Source of the DNA: Verrucomicrobiota bacterium
GTDB lineage: Bacteria; Verrucomicrobiota; Verrucomicrobiia; Limisphaerales; JADLHS01
DNA length: 64,000 nucleotides
Assembly (NCBI GenBank): GCA_029573725.1
Contig: JAKQDQ010000042.1
Location: 777-64,776, forward strand
Reading direction: 5' to 3'
Position 1 is the stretch's first letter. The number at the start of each line of letters is the position of its first letter. The position numbers were made by a program, and so were the translations under genes. Under the pieces are notes generated by a model that did not search any database, had not been told where the DNA came from, and saw nothing but the letters and a program-made list of their open reading frames with translations. Shown in pieces: positions 31,020 to 40,149 of the stretch.

Positions 31020-31810
31020 CCTCATCCGTCACTGCTCCCACGGGCTTTCCCCGGCCGCCGGCGGTGGCGGAAGCAGCCTGGTCGCCGTGGCGCTGGATGC
31101 TGGCCTTGATCCTGGCCTTCGTGGGCCATGTCGCGCTGATTTTCATCTTCGGCCGCCACGAACCCATCTCTCCGCGTCCAGTCAAAAACGCGGTGCAGGC
31201 CGGCGTGATTCTGCAGCGTACCGAACTGATGGATTTGCAGGACCCGATGGTGTTTGCCGGCCCGCACCCGCGCGGTTTTGCCGCCAGCACCTGGCTCGCC
31301 ATGCCGACGGTGCCGCTCCCCAGCTTCCGCTGGACCGATGGTCCGCACTTTCTTGCCCTGGCGGCGGAGCAATTGGGAGTCTCCTTCTCGATGCAGGCTG
31401 TAGCGCCTCCCGCTGACCTGTCGCGCCGGTCGCCAAGCCCGCCGCCCGACTTTGCGGTTCTGCTTCCTCCCGCTCCGCCCGCGCCACCGACCCAAAGCGT
31501 GGTGCGGATCACCGGGGCTTTGGCGGGCTGGCCTCTGGTGGCCGACTGGCCCTTGCTGCCGGTCCAGTCCAGTCCTGAAAGCCTCACCAATTCCGTGGTG
31601 CAGGTGGTGGTGGATGAAGCCGGACGCGTGTTTTCCGCCGTCCTGCTGCCACCCGGGAGTGGTTCGGTGGAGGCGGATCAACAGGCCCTCAGACTGGCCC
31701 ATGCGGCGCGTTTCACCCCGCCGCCCGGCCAGCCGGCGATCCAGTTTGGCAGGATCATTTTTCAGTGGCAAAGCCGCGCCCCGGCCACGGGCACAACGCC
31801 TCCGCCATGA
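31016..31810 (+). CDS. TonB-like energy transducer (divergent)
   Basis: N-terminal TM helix, a Pro-rich spacer (PPADLSRRSPSPPPDFAVLLPPAPPAPP) and a C-terminal beta-rich domain. It is translationally coupled to the exbD-like gene. Confidence 0.5.
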   Translation: MTSSVTAPTGFPRPPAVAEAAWSPWRWMLALILAFVGHVALIFIFGRHEPISPRPVKNAVQAGVILQRTELMDLQDPMVFAGPHPRGFAASTWLAMPTVPLPSFRWTDGPHFLALAAEQLGVSFSMQAVAPPADLSRRSPSPPPDFAVLLPPAPPAPPTQSVVRITGALAGWPLVADWPLLPVQSSPESLTNSVVQVVVDEAGRVFSAVLLPPGSGSVEADQQALRLAHAARFTPPPGQPAIQFGRIIFQWQSRAPATGTTPPP

Positions 31811-32031
31811 CTGCTGCGGCGCTCATTTTCAGCTATGTGACCCTGTGGTTGGGCGGTCTGGTGGCCTTGACGGTTTATACGGAATTCCGGGGGCGCAAAT
31901 TTCGACCGGCGGTGCGTGAAGACCGCATTTTTCGCTGCACTCATTGCGGCCTGGTTTACACCGATGATCCCGATGTGGACCGATCCCGCTGCAGTCAATG
32001 CGGCAAACTAAACGACGCCATCAAATTTTAG
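31807..32031 (+). CDS. small membrane-anchored zinc-ribbon protein
   Basis: The ATG overlaps the upstream stop (ATGA). It has one TM helix and CTHCG...CSQCG. Confidence 0.45.
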   Translation: MTAAALIFSYVTLWLGGLVALTVYTEFRGRKFRPAVREDRIFRCTHCGLVYTDDPDVDRSRCSQCGKLNDAIKF

Positions 32032-32145
32032 TGGCCCCGACGATTCTCCCCGGGCCGGTCTGCGAGTGGCGGGACGGTGCTTCCGTGGGCGTTCGGCTTC
32101 ACCTGCCCGGGAGCGCGAAGCCGCCAGGGCCGGTCGCGGGCATCG

Positions 32146-33279
32146 TTAGGTGCCGGGGTGGTCGCCGAAGCAGGTCCCGACGCTGCGAGCACTCGTGATC
32201 CAGGAATGATCTGGCGGCACCAGTTTGAGCCGCCCGGCGACATCCGCGATGGGGACGGCCCGGGTGTCATCTCCCCGCGAGGCCACCATCATGCCGAACT
32301 GGCCTTGCTGAATCAGCCGGACGGCGGCCGCGCCGAGCCGCGTGGCGAGCAGGCGGTCCGCAGAGGTGGGTGTGCCGCCGCGTTGCACATAACCCAGGAT
32401 CGTCACGCGCGCCTCCAGATGGGTCAGTGCTTCGAGCTGCCTGGCCAGACGCAGGGTGTGTCCCGCGTGCGCCTCCTGCAGCTGCAGCAGCTCTGCCTTG
32501 GCCAGGCGTTTTTCGGTTTTGTTTTTGGCCTGCTTTTTATGCCGCACCACGGCGGCGACACGCGCGGCTTCCCGCATGGGCAGGGCGCCCTCCGCCACGG
32601 CCACGATGCTGAAGTTGGTGCCGTATTGTTTGCGCCTGCGGATGGCGGCGGCGACGTTGTGCACGTCGTAGGGAATTTCTGGAATCAAAATCACATCCGC
32701 ACCGCCGGCAATTCCCGCCCCCAGGGCCAGCCAGCCGGCGCGGTGGCCCATGATTTCCGCGATGATGATGCGGTGATGGCTGTGGGCCGTGCTGTGCAGG
32801 CGATCAATCGCCGTGGTGGCGATGTCCAGCGCGGTGTCGAAGCCGATGGCCGTGTCGGTCAGAACCACGTCGTTGTCAATGGTCTTGGGGATCGTGACGA
32901 TGTTCAACCCCGCTTCAATCAGGCGCAGCACGTTCTTATGCGTGCCGCCGCCCCCCAGGCAGACCAGGGCGTCCAGTTTTAATTTGCGGTAGTTGCGGGC
33001 AATGGTGCTGCGCATGTCCCGAATGCGGCCGTTCATTTCCATGGCCTGCGGCTTGTCGCGTCCCGTGCCGAGCACCGTCCCGCCGACGGTGAGAATCCCC
33101 GCCAGACTGCGCTTGTCCAGTTTGATGGTCAGATTCTCGGCCAGCCCGCGAAACCCGTCGCGGATGCCGACAATTTCCATGCCGGCGTCCAGGGCGGCCT
33201 TGCCCGCGCCGCGGATCGCCGCATTCAGGCCGGGACTGTCGCCGCCGGCGGTCAAGATTCCGACTCGTGTTTTGCTCAT
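32146..33279 (-). CDS. pfkA: 6-phosphofructokinase
   Basis: [31 protein letters not shown] and [10 protein letters not shown] motifs of the PFK-A family. Confidence 0.85.
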   Translation of the reverse strand: MSKTRVGILTAGGDSPGLNAAIRGAGKAALDAGMEIVGIRDGFRGLAENLTIKLDKRSLAGILTVGGTVLGTGRDKPQAMEMNGRIRDMRSTIARNYRKLKLDALVCLGGGGTHKNVLRLIEAGLNIVTIPKTIDNDVVLTDTAIGFDTALDIATTAIDRLHSTAHSHHRIIIAEIMGHRAGWLALGAGIAGGADVILIPEIPYDVHNVAAAIRRRKQYGTNFSIVAVAEGALPMREAARVAAVVRHKKQAKNKTEKRLAKAELLQLQEAHAGHTLRLARQLEALTHLEARVTILGYVQRGGTPTSADRLLATRLGAAAVRLIQQGQFGMMVASRGDDTRAVPIADVAGRLKLVPPDHSWITSARSVGTCFGDHPGT

Positions 33280-33479
33280 GGATTCAGGTTGTTGCACCCG
33301 TGGAGCCGGGCGGAGGCCGGAACACCGTCCGCGCCGGCCCGTCGCCCCGGCTGCACTGACGGCCTTTGCTTATCAATTTGGGGGATCGAGGTGAAGTCCG
33401 TTTTCAGCGTGGGTTGCGTTTGGCGATGTTTCGTCTAAAGTATGCGCGATTGAGAGTTAACCAAGTGAATTAAGACGCC

Positions 33480-34160
33480 ATGTTTTTTGACCCTCTATAT
33501 TTCATTTTCATGCTGCCAGCGATGCTGATTGGCCTCTGGGCGCAATTCAAGCTGACGGCCGCCTATGGTCGTTATAGCCGCGAGGGGCTGGCTTCCGGGG
33601 TGACGGGCGCCGAGGCGGCGCGGGAAATTCTGGATCGCGCGGGGTTGCAGAATGTGCCTGTGGAAGAGGTGCCGGGACATTTGACCGATCATTATGACCC
33701 GGCCAAACGCGCCCTGCGGTTGTCGAGCGGCAACTTTCGCGGGGCCTCGGTTGCGGCGGTGGGTGTGGCGGCGCATGAGGCCGGTCATGCCCTGCAACAC
33801 CAGGTCGGGTACGCGCCCATGCGCCTGCGCGCCGCCCTGGTGCCGGCCACCCGCTTCGCCAGTTACGCTTGGATCGTGTTGATCATGATCGGATTTTTCC
33901 TGCAAATGACCAAGCTGATCTACGTCGGCATCGGCCTGTTCAGCATCATGATGCTGTTTCAGTTGGTGACGCTGCCCGTGGAATTTGACGCCAGCCGCCG
34001 GGCCCGGGTGGAACTGTTGCGCCTGGGGATTGTGCGCTCCGAAGAAAGTCCCGGCGTCAGCCAGGTTCTGAACGCGGCAGGTTTGACCTACGTGGCCGCG
34101 TTGGTCAGTTCCGTCATGCAACTTCTGTATTTTCTGAGCCTCGCGCGCGGTCGGGATTGA
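33480..34160 (+). CDS. zinc metallopeptidase (Zn_peptidase_2 / YugP-like)
   Basis: N-terminus MFFDPLYFIFMLPAMLIGLWAQ, the HEAGHALQH zinc-binding motif and C-terminal TM helices. Confidence 0.8.
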   Translation: MFFDPLYFIFMLPAMLIGLWAQFKLTAAYGRYSREGLASGVTGAEAAREILDRAGLQNVPVEEVPGHLTDHYDPAKRALRLSSGNFRGASVAAVGVAAHEAGHALQHQVGYAPMRLRAALVPATRFASYAWIVLIMIGFFLQMTKLIYVGIGLFSIMMLFQLVTLPVEFDASRRARVELLRLGIVRSEESPGVSQVLNAAGLTYVAALVSSVMQLLYFLSLARGRD

Positions 34161-34596
34161 CGCTGGGGGTTTTTGGCTTGGGAGCCGCCTCCATCCCGCA
34201 ACCGGGCGGTGCCGGCGGCGTCAGCAGCCGGGTCACCCAACTCCGGACCGGCGACCACCGTCGGCCGGGACGGAAACCCGGCCCGGCCCGGTGCCGCACG
34301 GAGGCGCAGGCGGCCTGTTTTTGAGGAAGGCCATGCTTGATGGGTTTCCCGTGGAGGTGACGTGAACATCGGGGCAGGTTGGATTAGCCCCCCCGGGTCG
34401 GAGTGTCCGGGTTGACGCACGTTTGACATCTGCGGGAGTGGCCCGGATGGTCAGGCACAACGCGATGCGGATCGGCCCGCTCCGGCCCGCTCCGGCGCGA
34501 GGAGGTATCTCAAGCAAACGCGCACCGTCTCGATCCGGTCAAGGCAGCAAGCGAAGCAGGAAAGCCGGTCTCTGCACGAACTTTCCGAAGAAAAAA

Positions 34597-34621
34597 TGGT
34601 CGGGGCGGTGAGATTTGAATC
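34597..34621 (-). other. tRNA 3'-end fragment (tRNA-Pro-like), putative att site of the adjacent element
   Basis: The minus strand reads GATTCAAATCTCACCGCCCCGACCA: a T-loop (TTCAAAT), the 3' T-stem, the 3' acceptor strand CGCCCCG, discriminator A and CCA. A T-run follows. No complementary 5' acceptor strand (CGGGGCG), D arm or anticodon arm lies upstream, so it is a fragment and not a gene. Confidence 0.6.
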
Positions 34622-34744
34622 TAAAACGGTATTTTCGGCGTTGTTCGGTCAAACCGTGCTCCAAGCCCATTTTTATTGGGTGATTTTACGCTTTCGGCTT
34701 TTCCCGCTCCCGTCGTCCGACCACCCCAAAACGCAATCGGCGCG

Positions 34745-35449
34745 TTAGGAATTGTTAGGAGTCTTGCCGTCTCGCAACTTCGCCAGCGCCGATTCAATCC
34801 GATCATCCACGCCGTTCTTATCCGCATCTACCATTCCCCGCAACTGACCGTGACGATGCGCCAGAAACCAACCACCGACAGCCAACGCAACGCCACCCAA
34901 AATCAGTAATTCGTTGCCCACAATCATGCTTGGCAAAACCATGAGTGTCAAACCACCAACGACGAGCGCGGCGCTTGTCGTCACGCTGCCAATAAGCAGC
35001 TTGAGCGGCGGATAGAAAATGGATGCCAGGCCGAACGCGAATATGGCGGCGCCCACCCACACAATTCCCTTGAGGCTCGCCAGTTTCGCGCCGATTTCAC
35101 GGGCGGTGTCTTTCTGGGCCGCGCCGAGTTCCGTCTTGGCCCGCGTCTCCTCGCGCTCGACAACGGGCATCGGCGCGCTCACGACCACAGCCGCGGCGTT
35201 CGTCGCGCCGGATTCCAGCCGTGACCCAGTCGGCACGGTGTAGCTCCGCGTGCGCACCGTCTCCTGATCCTGACGCGACACGGCCGCTGGGTTGTCCGAT
35301 TGCACGACGGTTTGCTCAATGCCCTGAGTAGGTTTGCTCAATGTCGTGGCCTTGCCGCCCTTGAGCGGACCAGTGCCGGCGCAACCGCACAACAGGCCAA
35401 CAGATGCCCTCACGGCAAAATCAATCAGGGTGAAATTCAGTCGTTTCAT
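34745..35449 (-). CDS. hypothetical lipoprotein/membrane protein (last gene of the element)
   Basis: Start MKRLNFTL...VGLLCGCAG (lipobox-like) and three C-terminal TM helices. No family recognised. Confidence 0.45.
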   Translation of the reverse strand: MKRLNFTLIDFAVRASVGLLCGCAGTGPLKGGKATTLSKPTQGIEQTVVQSDNPAAVSRQDQETVRTRSYTVPTGSRLESGATNAAAVVVSAPMPVVEREETRAKTELGAAQKDTAREIGAKLASLKGIVWVGAAIFAFGLASIFYPPLKLLIGSVTTSAALVVGGLTLMVLPSMIVGNELLILGGVALAVGGWFLAHRHGQLRGMVDADKNGVDDRIESALAKLRDGKTPNNS

Positions 35450-35468
35450 GCTTCTTGGTGGCCGTCCG

Positions 35469-35774
35469 CTAGGACCTTTCCTGGAATCGCCGCAGTTCAA
35501 ACGCGCACTCGTTCAATGCGGCGGTATTGTGATCAATGCACACCGCCAGCTTCAGTGACGTCTCACTTTGCTTCTCGATGATTTGGGCGAGGGCGTGGTG
35601 ATGCGCCTCCCGCAGTTCCTTGTGATCGGCGAGGACGCTTTGGAGTTGCCGAACGAGCCAGTAAATGACGATGCCGCCACCGACCAGCAACAGGCAGAAC
35701 GCCGCCAGGAACAACCAGCGATCATTCATGGTGGCGGCATGATCCACGGCCTTGATCATTTCATTCGCATTCAT
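35469..35774 (-). CDS. small single-TM protein (holin/spanin-like topology)
   Basis: 101 aa (MNANEMIK...) with one TM helix (WLFLAAFCLLLVGGGIVIYWLV) and a helical tail. The function is unproven. Confidence 0.4.
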   Translation of the reverse strand: MNANEMIKAVDHAATMNDRWLFLAAFCLLLVGGGIVIYWLVRQLQSVLADHKELREAHHHALAQIIEKQSETSLKLAVCIDHNTAALNECAFELRRFQERS

Positions 35775-36241
35775 GGTTGCCTCACTTGTTGCACGCGTTC
35801 GATTAACAGCCGGCGCGTCGTGAAAAACTCCATCGCCTTCGTCGCCCGCACGAGCGTCGGCTCCCCCGGCCAGCTCGCCCAGTGCACCAGATTCGTGCTG
35901 CGCTCGAGGACCGGTGTCAGTCGCACCCAGGTTTCGCTCTGCACAACCGGTGCGACGGGTTTCGCCTCCCACTCCACCACGTTGCTGAAATCTGATGCGA
36001 TGCCGCTGCCATCCACGGCCGTTGCCGCGAAGCACCAGCGGCCCGGATGCGGTAACACCACCGCTTGCGTCAGCGTCAAACCCGCGTTGGTCACGAAGCA
36101 GTAATTCGCGCCGTTCGTACCGAAATGAATCCGGTAGCTGACGACGCCCGGCGATGGCGACGCATCCCACACGAGCGTGACCGACTGCGCGTGGACCATC
36201 AGCGCACAAGCCAGAATCAAACTTGTGAACAATGGCTTCAT
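35771..36241 (-). CDS. secreted FN3/Ig-like domain protein
   Basis: Signal peptide MKPLFTSLILACALMVHAQS followed by an FN3-like pattern (LVWDASPSPGVVSYRIHFG...). Confidence 0.5.
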   Translation of the reverse strand: MKPLFTSLILACALMVHAQSVTLVWDASPSPGVVSYRIHFGTNGANYCFVTNAGLTLTQAVVLPHPGRWCFAATAVDGSGIASDFSNVVEWEAKPVAPVVQSETWVRLTPVLERSTNLVHWASWPGEPTLVRATKAMEFFTTRRLLIERVQQVRQP

Positions 36242-36756
36242 GTTCTCGTGAGCTGCACCGCGCCGCTCCGGCTCTTCAGGAGCGCGCCGTATTTCGCCAG
36301 GTGCGCCTGGACCAGACGCGGGATAACCGGCGGCGTGTCGTTCTTGTCGTAACCCGTCTGTTCCGTGCCGGTGTTGTGATACTTCAGCCCTTCACCGGCC
36401 GGCGCCGCCGTGCGATCCGCCACGAGGAGTTCCCGCGCCATCTCGCACGTTGCTTCGATGACCGCCTTCGGCACAGAGTCAGCGGGAAGCTCGTCTTCAG
36501 AATCTGGGAGGCGACACCGTCGCCGCGGCCATTGCCGCGCTTGTGCCTCGTCCGCCTTCACGCCGTTGAACTGGTATTGCCCATCAATCAGCCACGTCGC
36601 CATCACGAGCGCCTTCTCCTTGTTGGCCAACGTCGCCGCGGTCCACGCGGAGGCATACAAGTGCCCGTCGTGATACGCGTCGCCATCCGCCGCGTTCGCG
36701 TAAGCGTTGGCATCCACCAGACCGGCTCCGGTTTCTTTGATGAGCGTCAGCGCCAT
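36238..36756 (-). CDS. putative head-tail adaptor (DnaT_2-like phage protein)
   Basis: The N-terminus MALTLIKETGAGLVDANAYANAADGDAYH matches the pattern I associate with phage DnaT-like/adaptor proteins. It sits just downstream of the capsid genes. Confidence 0.5.
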   Translation of the reverse strand: MALTLIKETGAGLVDANAYANAADGDAYHDGHLYASAWTAATLANKEKALVMATWLIDGQYQFNGVKADEAQARQWPRRRCRLPDSEDELPADSVPKAVIEATCEMARELLVADRTAAPAGEGLKYHNTGTEQTGYDKNDTPPVIPRLVQAHLAKYGALLKSRSGAVQLTRT

Positions 36757-36762
36757 AACCCT

Positions 36763-37629
36763 TCACAGGTTTTGCACCAGCGCGAGCACGGCCTCTGAAA
36801 AACGCGTGCGCAGAAACGTCGCCCGCTCCGTCCACCACGTCGTCACGCCCGACAGATTCAATTCAATCGCCACGAAACTGCCGTCCGGCTGGCGCATCAA
36901 ATCCACACACACGTAGCCGAGCCCGACGTCCGTCATGCGCCGGCTCAGTTGGCGCAATGCCACCTTGTCGGCATCGGGAAATTCCAACAGCTCCCGATGC
37001 CGTTCGTCCGGTCGCTCCATCGGATCGCGATAGACGGCCAGCCGCCGGAAACCGTCGGCATCCAAGTCGCCCGCTAACAGTCGTTCGCCTAGCGGACGCT
37101 TTTTAAGCACGTAGGAAATCAGGATGCGACCGTTGAACAGTTCGACTTTGTAGGTGTTGCCGTCGTTCGGATTGACCTCGCGGCAGATGATGTCGCGCGC
37201 CAGATCCCAATCGCCGTAGCGCACTTGCCCCGGTGTCACGACATGAAAGCCCGCGCCACCCGCAGTGAACGACCGCTTCACGATCAACTTGTCCACGCCC
37301 CAGGTATCAAACAGTGCCAGCGCGGCGGACTTGCTGTTCACGGTCTGCCATTGCATGGTTGGAAAGCCCGCTTGATCCAGCGCGAGCAATTGCTCTGCGC
37401 GCGTCCAGCGGCGCCCGCCAAACGCTTTCCCGGGCAGTTGCTGCCGCACACTCGCCGGCAACTCGAAATGACTAAGCACCATGCCGTAGCCCGCGAGCTG
37501 CAATTCGGTCGGCCCGACGCCCCACACCACGTCCGCCTCATGCCCGTTGGCGCGCAGATGCGCCGCCACGGCTTCGTAGCGACTCAGCAACGACTCGCCG
37601 GCATTCCAGGTATGTAAGAGTGCTTTCAT
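36763..37629 (-). CDS. ATP-grasp domain protein (RimK/glutathione-synthetase-like ligase)
   Basis: LIVKRSFTAGGAGFHVV (ATP-binding Lys/Gly-rich loop), YKVELFNGRILISYV and YVCVDLMRQPDGSFVAIELN (Mg/ATP-binding E-x-N region), about 288 aa. Confidence 0.65.
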   Translation of the reverse strand: MKALLHTWNAGESLLSRYEAVAAHLRANGHEADVVWGVGPTELQLAGYGMVLSHFELPASVRQQLPGKAFGGRRWTRAEQLLALDQAGFPTMQWQTVNSKSAALALFDTWGVDKLIVKRSFTAGGAGFHVVTPGQVRYGDWDLARDIICREVNPNDGNTYKVELFNGRILISYVLKKRPLGERLLAGDLDADGFRRLAVYRDPMERPDERHRELLEFPDADKVALRQLSRRMTDVGLGYVCVDLMRQPDGSFVAIELNLSGVTTWWTERATFLRTRFSEAVLALVQNL

Positions 37630-37632
37630 GCT

Positions 37633-38031
37633 TTAACCACCCAGCACGCTGCCCGCCGCTTGGTTGGACTGTGCCGACTCGCCGGCACCGTTATAGGCCA
37701 CCACGTAGTAGGTGTAAGGGATGCCCAGTTCCGCCGTCCAATCCACGAAGCTGGTTTGATTCGCGAACATCTGCGCCCGCAACGCGAACGCCTCGTTGAA
37801 TGGCTTGCGATACAGCCGAAACCCCGTCTCATTGGCGGACTGATCCGTCCACGAAAGCGCGATGTTGCCGAAGCCACTCACGGCAATCAGATTGATCGGC
37901 GCATTCGGCACGGGTGTCGGCTGCACCCGCGCGCGGCGCCGGTCCTGCAACCACGTCGCCAGCCAGCCGTGAAACCGCCGCGCAGGCGACCACGACCTAC
38001 CGTTCGCTCTGGTTTGAGGCAACTTGCGCAT
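37633..38031 (-). CDS. FN3-domain protein (possible capsid decoration protein)
   Basis: PNAPINLIAVSGFGNIALSWTDQSANETGFRLYRK...YTYYVVAYNGAGES is a canonical fibronectin type III pattern. The start is uncertain because the N-terminal 40 aa are Arg-rich. Confidence 0.5.
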   Translation of the reverse strand: MRKLPQTRANGRSWSPARRFHGWLATWLQDRRRARVQPTPVPNAPINLIAVSGFGNIALSWTDQSANETGFRLYRKPFNEAFALRAQMFANQTSFVDWTAELGIPYTYYVVAYNGAGESAQSNQAAGSVLGG

Positions 38032-38203
38032 CGTCAGCTTTTGGCTCGTCTTCGCTCACCACGGGTTCAACGGGCTTCGCCGCCACCGGTTGCACCGGCG
38101 ACGGTGGCCCGTCCGGCACGGACTTGCCCACAACGACCGGCGGCGCATCCGCCACGACCAGTGGCCGCCGCACACGTCGGATGATGGGAAGTAGTTCGTT
38201 CAT
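37997..38203 (-). CDS. small Pro/Val-rich hypothetical protein
   Basis: 68-aa ORF directly downstream of the capsid gene. Low complexity, weak call. Confidence 0.3.
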   Translation of the reverse strand: MNELLPIIRRVRRPLVVADAPPVVVGKSVPDGPPSPVQPVAAKPVEPVVSEDEPKADDAQVASNQSER

Positions 38204-38260
38204 TGGTAGTTCGCCCTCGCCCGCGTAGCAGGCGAGGGCAATCGCCTGACCGTGCTACGG

Positions 38261-39271
38261 TCAGTTGTTGTGATCCACCGCCACGATGCGGACGTTCTTG
38301 TTCTCGAACACCCGCGTCCAGTTGGCGGCATTCTCCAGTTCCGCGTTGGTCGGGCTCGTGCCCGCCACCGCCGCGGAATTGAACTTCACGCCTCGCGGAT
38401 GCAGGATGAAGCGACGCCGGTTGATGAAGTTCGTGTCGCTGTCCAACGCGGCTCGCGCCCACTCGACCCCTTCCGTGCCGTGCCCGCCCATCAGCGGTTC
38501 ACCCGCCAGCGGCGCCGCGCCACGGGCGAATGCGCCCGGCCCGAACAGGTAGCTGGTGTAAACCTGACCATCGGTCGTGCCGTTACGCACGGGCAGACCA
38601 TCGTCCACGATGACGCGCCGGCCCTGGAAGGTCTTGATCTGCGCTTTCCCCTCGCTGTCGGGGATGAAGTCAATCAAGTCCAGTTTGCGCAGCGCCGCTT
38701 CGGTGCCCGAGTGCATCGCCACTGCCGTGAGACGGTCGCCCCGGTCGCCGAGCTTCACCGTCGCATCCACGAAGGTGGCGCCGTTGAGCCGCGTCGCGGA
38801 CGACTGGCCCGCGATGCTTTCACTCGCGATGGACAACTTGTTGCCCGCCATCGTCGCCGAGGCGAACAGGCCCTTGAGGCTGGAAACGATCAGGCCCTGG
38901 TCCACCCGAATCCAGTAGTCGCCCACCAGCTCCACCAACGCGCCCATCGGATCATCACCGGAAAGCACCTTGGCCAGGTCATTCACGCTCCACGCATTCG
39001 CGTCCATCTGGATGCGCGCAATGTCCTTGCTCGCGGTGATCTTGTTCACCGTGAGCGGCGCATTGTCAGCCAGAATCTGGCGCGTCGGATTCACATCCTG
39101 CCAGAACGGCATGTCCACCGTGTTCCCACCACCAGCGGCCAGCGCGTCAAAGAACGGGTCGCTCTCGACGATGCCACTCGCACCGAACGCCGACAGGGTC
39201 GCCGTGCGCTCGATCACGTATTTCTCAAACACACTCGGAACAATCACGTCCGAGATTGCCGTCTTAGCCAT
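38261..39271 (-). CDS. major capsid protein
   Basis: 336 aa, immediately after the scaffold gene. The N-terminus MAKTAISDVIVPSVFEKYV and the MPFWQD motif resemble phage coat proteins. Size and position fit an HK97-fold MCP. Confidence 0.75.
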   Translation of the reverse strand: MAKTAISDVIVPSVFEKYVIERTATLSAFGASGIVESDPFFDALAAGGGNTVDMPFWQDVNPTRQILADNAPLTVNKITASKDIARIQMDANAWSVNDLAKVLSGDDPMGALVELVGDYWIRVDQGLIVSSLKGLFASATMAGNKLSIASESIAGQSSATRLNGATFVDATVKLGDRGDRLTAVAMHSGTEAALRKLDLIDFIPDSEGKAQIKTFQGRRVIVDDGLPVRNGTTDGQVYTSYLFGPGAFARGAAPLAGEPLMGGHGTEGVEWARAALDSDTNFINRRRFILHPRGVKFNSAAVAGTSPTNAELENAANWTRVFENKNVRIVAVDHNN

Positions 39272-39326
39272 AAACTAACCTTTCGTTTTTCTTGCGCGCC
39301 AGCGCGGTGGCCGGCACGCAGTGCCC

Positions 39327-40076
39327 TCAAGCCGTCGCCTTCAGGCGTGCGGCCAGTTGCGGGTCGGATTTCTCAATCTTCATTTGCTCCGTCACGTTCC
39401 ACGTCTCCTTGCGGAAGGGATTACGCACGGACCGGTGGCCAGCCCCACCGGAGCCAGAGCCGGCGGCACCGCCACCAGCGTTTGCTTCGAACAAGTGCGG
39501 CGCGTCGGACACCAACGCCTCCACCCATTCAGCCAAAGTCATCGGCGACACCCCGTCCTTGCCGGTGCGCATCCGCTCGCCGTCGAAAGCTTGGGGAACT
39601 CCGTCCACCAGCTTGAACGTCATTCGCGCTCGCGACGTGATGTCAGGAATTGCGGTCGCCCGCAGCCCGCGTTTCGTCGCCTCGTTCACGACCGCTTGAT
39701 CAATTTGAATCGCTGTCAAACGACCATGCAGGGCATCACGCTCGGCGACCACGACCCTGTGTTGCTTGTCCCAATCCGCGCGGGCCGTCCTGAGCCGGGC
39801 CTCAATCACCTTGTCCACTTCGCCCGCCTTGATCTGCGCCGCTTCCTCCAGCTGGCGCTTCTCCTCGGTAAGCTGCCGCACGGCATCCGGATCAATGCCC
39901 TCAAAGCGTTTCAACTGATTCGCCAGCGCGATGTTGTTCTGCCGAAACTCCTCGTGTTTCGCCCGGTCCACCACGCCTTCCGCATCCAGGACAAACGCGC
40001 CATCGCGCTCGACGTAAAAGCCCGCTTGTTCCGCCGGGATTTCCTCCCGCTTCCCGTATTTGTATTTCAGTGCCAT
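39327..40076 (-). CDS. phage scaffolding protein
   Basis: 249 aa, charged and helical (coiled-coil EEKRQLEEAAQIKAGE...), with a Gly-rich linker and a basic C-terminus. It lies between the portal-proximal gene and the MCP. Confidence 0.65.
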   Translation of the reverse strand: MALKYKYGKREEIPAEQAGFYVERDGAFVLDAEGVVDRAKHEEFRQNNIALANQLKRFEGIDPDAVRQLTEEKRQLEEAAQIKAGEVDKVIEARLRTARADWDKQHRVVVAERDALHGRLTAIQIDQAVVNEATKRGLRATAIPDITSRARMTFKLVDGVPQAFDGERMRTGKDGVSPMTLAEWVEALVSDAPHLFEANAGGGAAGSGSGGAGHRSVRNPFRKETWNVTEQMKIEKSDPQLAARLKATA

Positions 40077-40149
40077 ATCTTCTTTTTGTCGCAGCGGACG
40101 TGAGTCCGCTTATTTGTTCATTTCGCACTCCGCGCTCCGAATTCCGCAC

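Noticed and set aside
34597-34690. A possible complete tRNA gene on the minus strand.
   Set aside because: Only the T-loop, 3' T-stem, 3' acceptor strand and CCA are present. The upstream 60 nt contain no complementary 5' acceptor strand and no D or anticodon arms, so it is a fragment.
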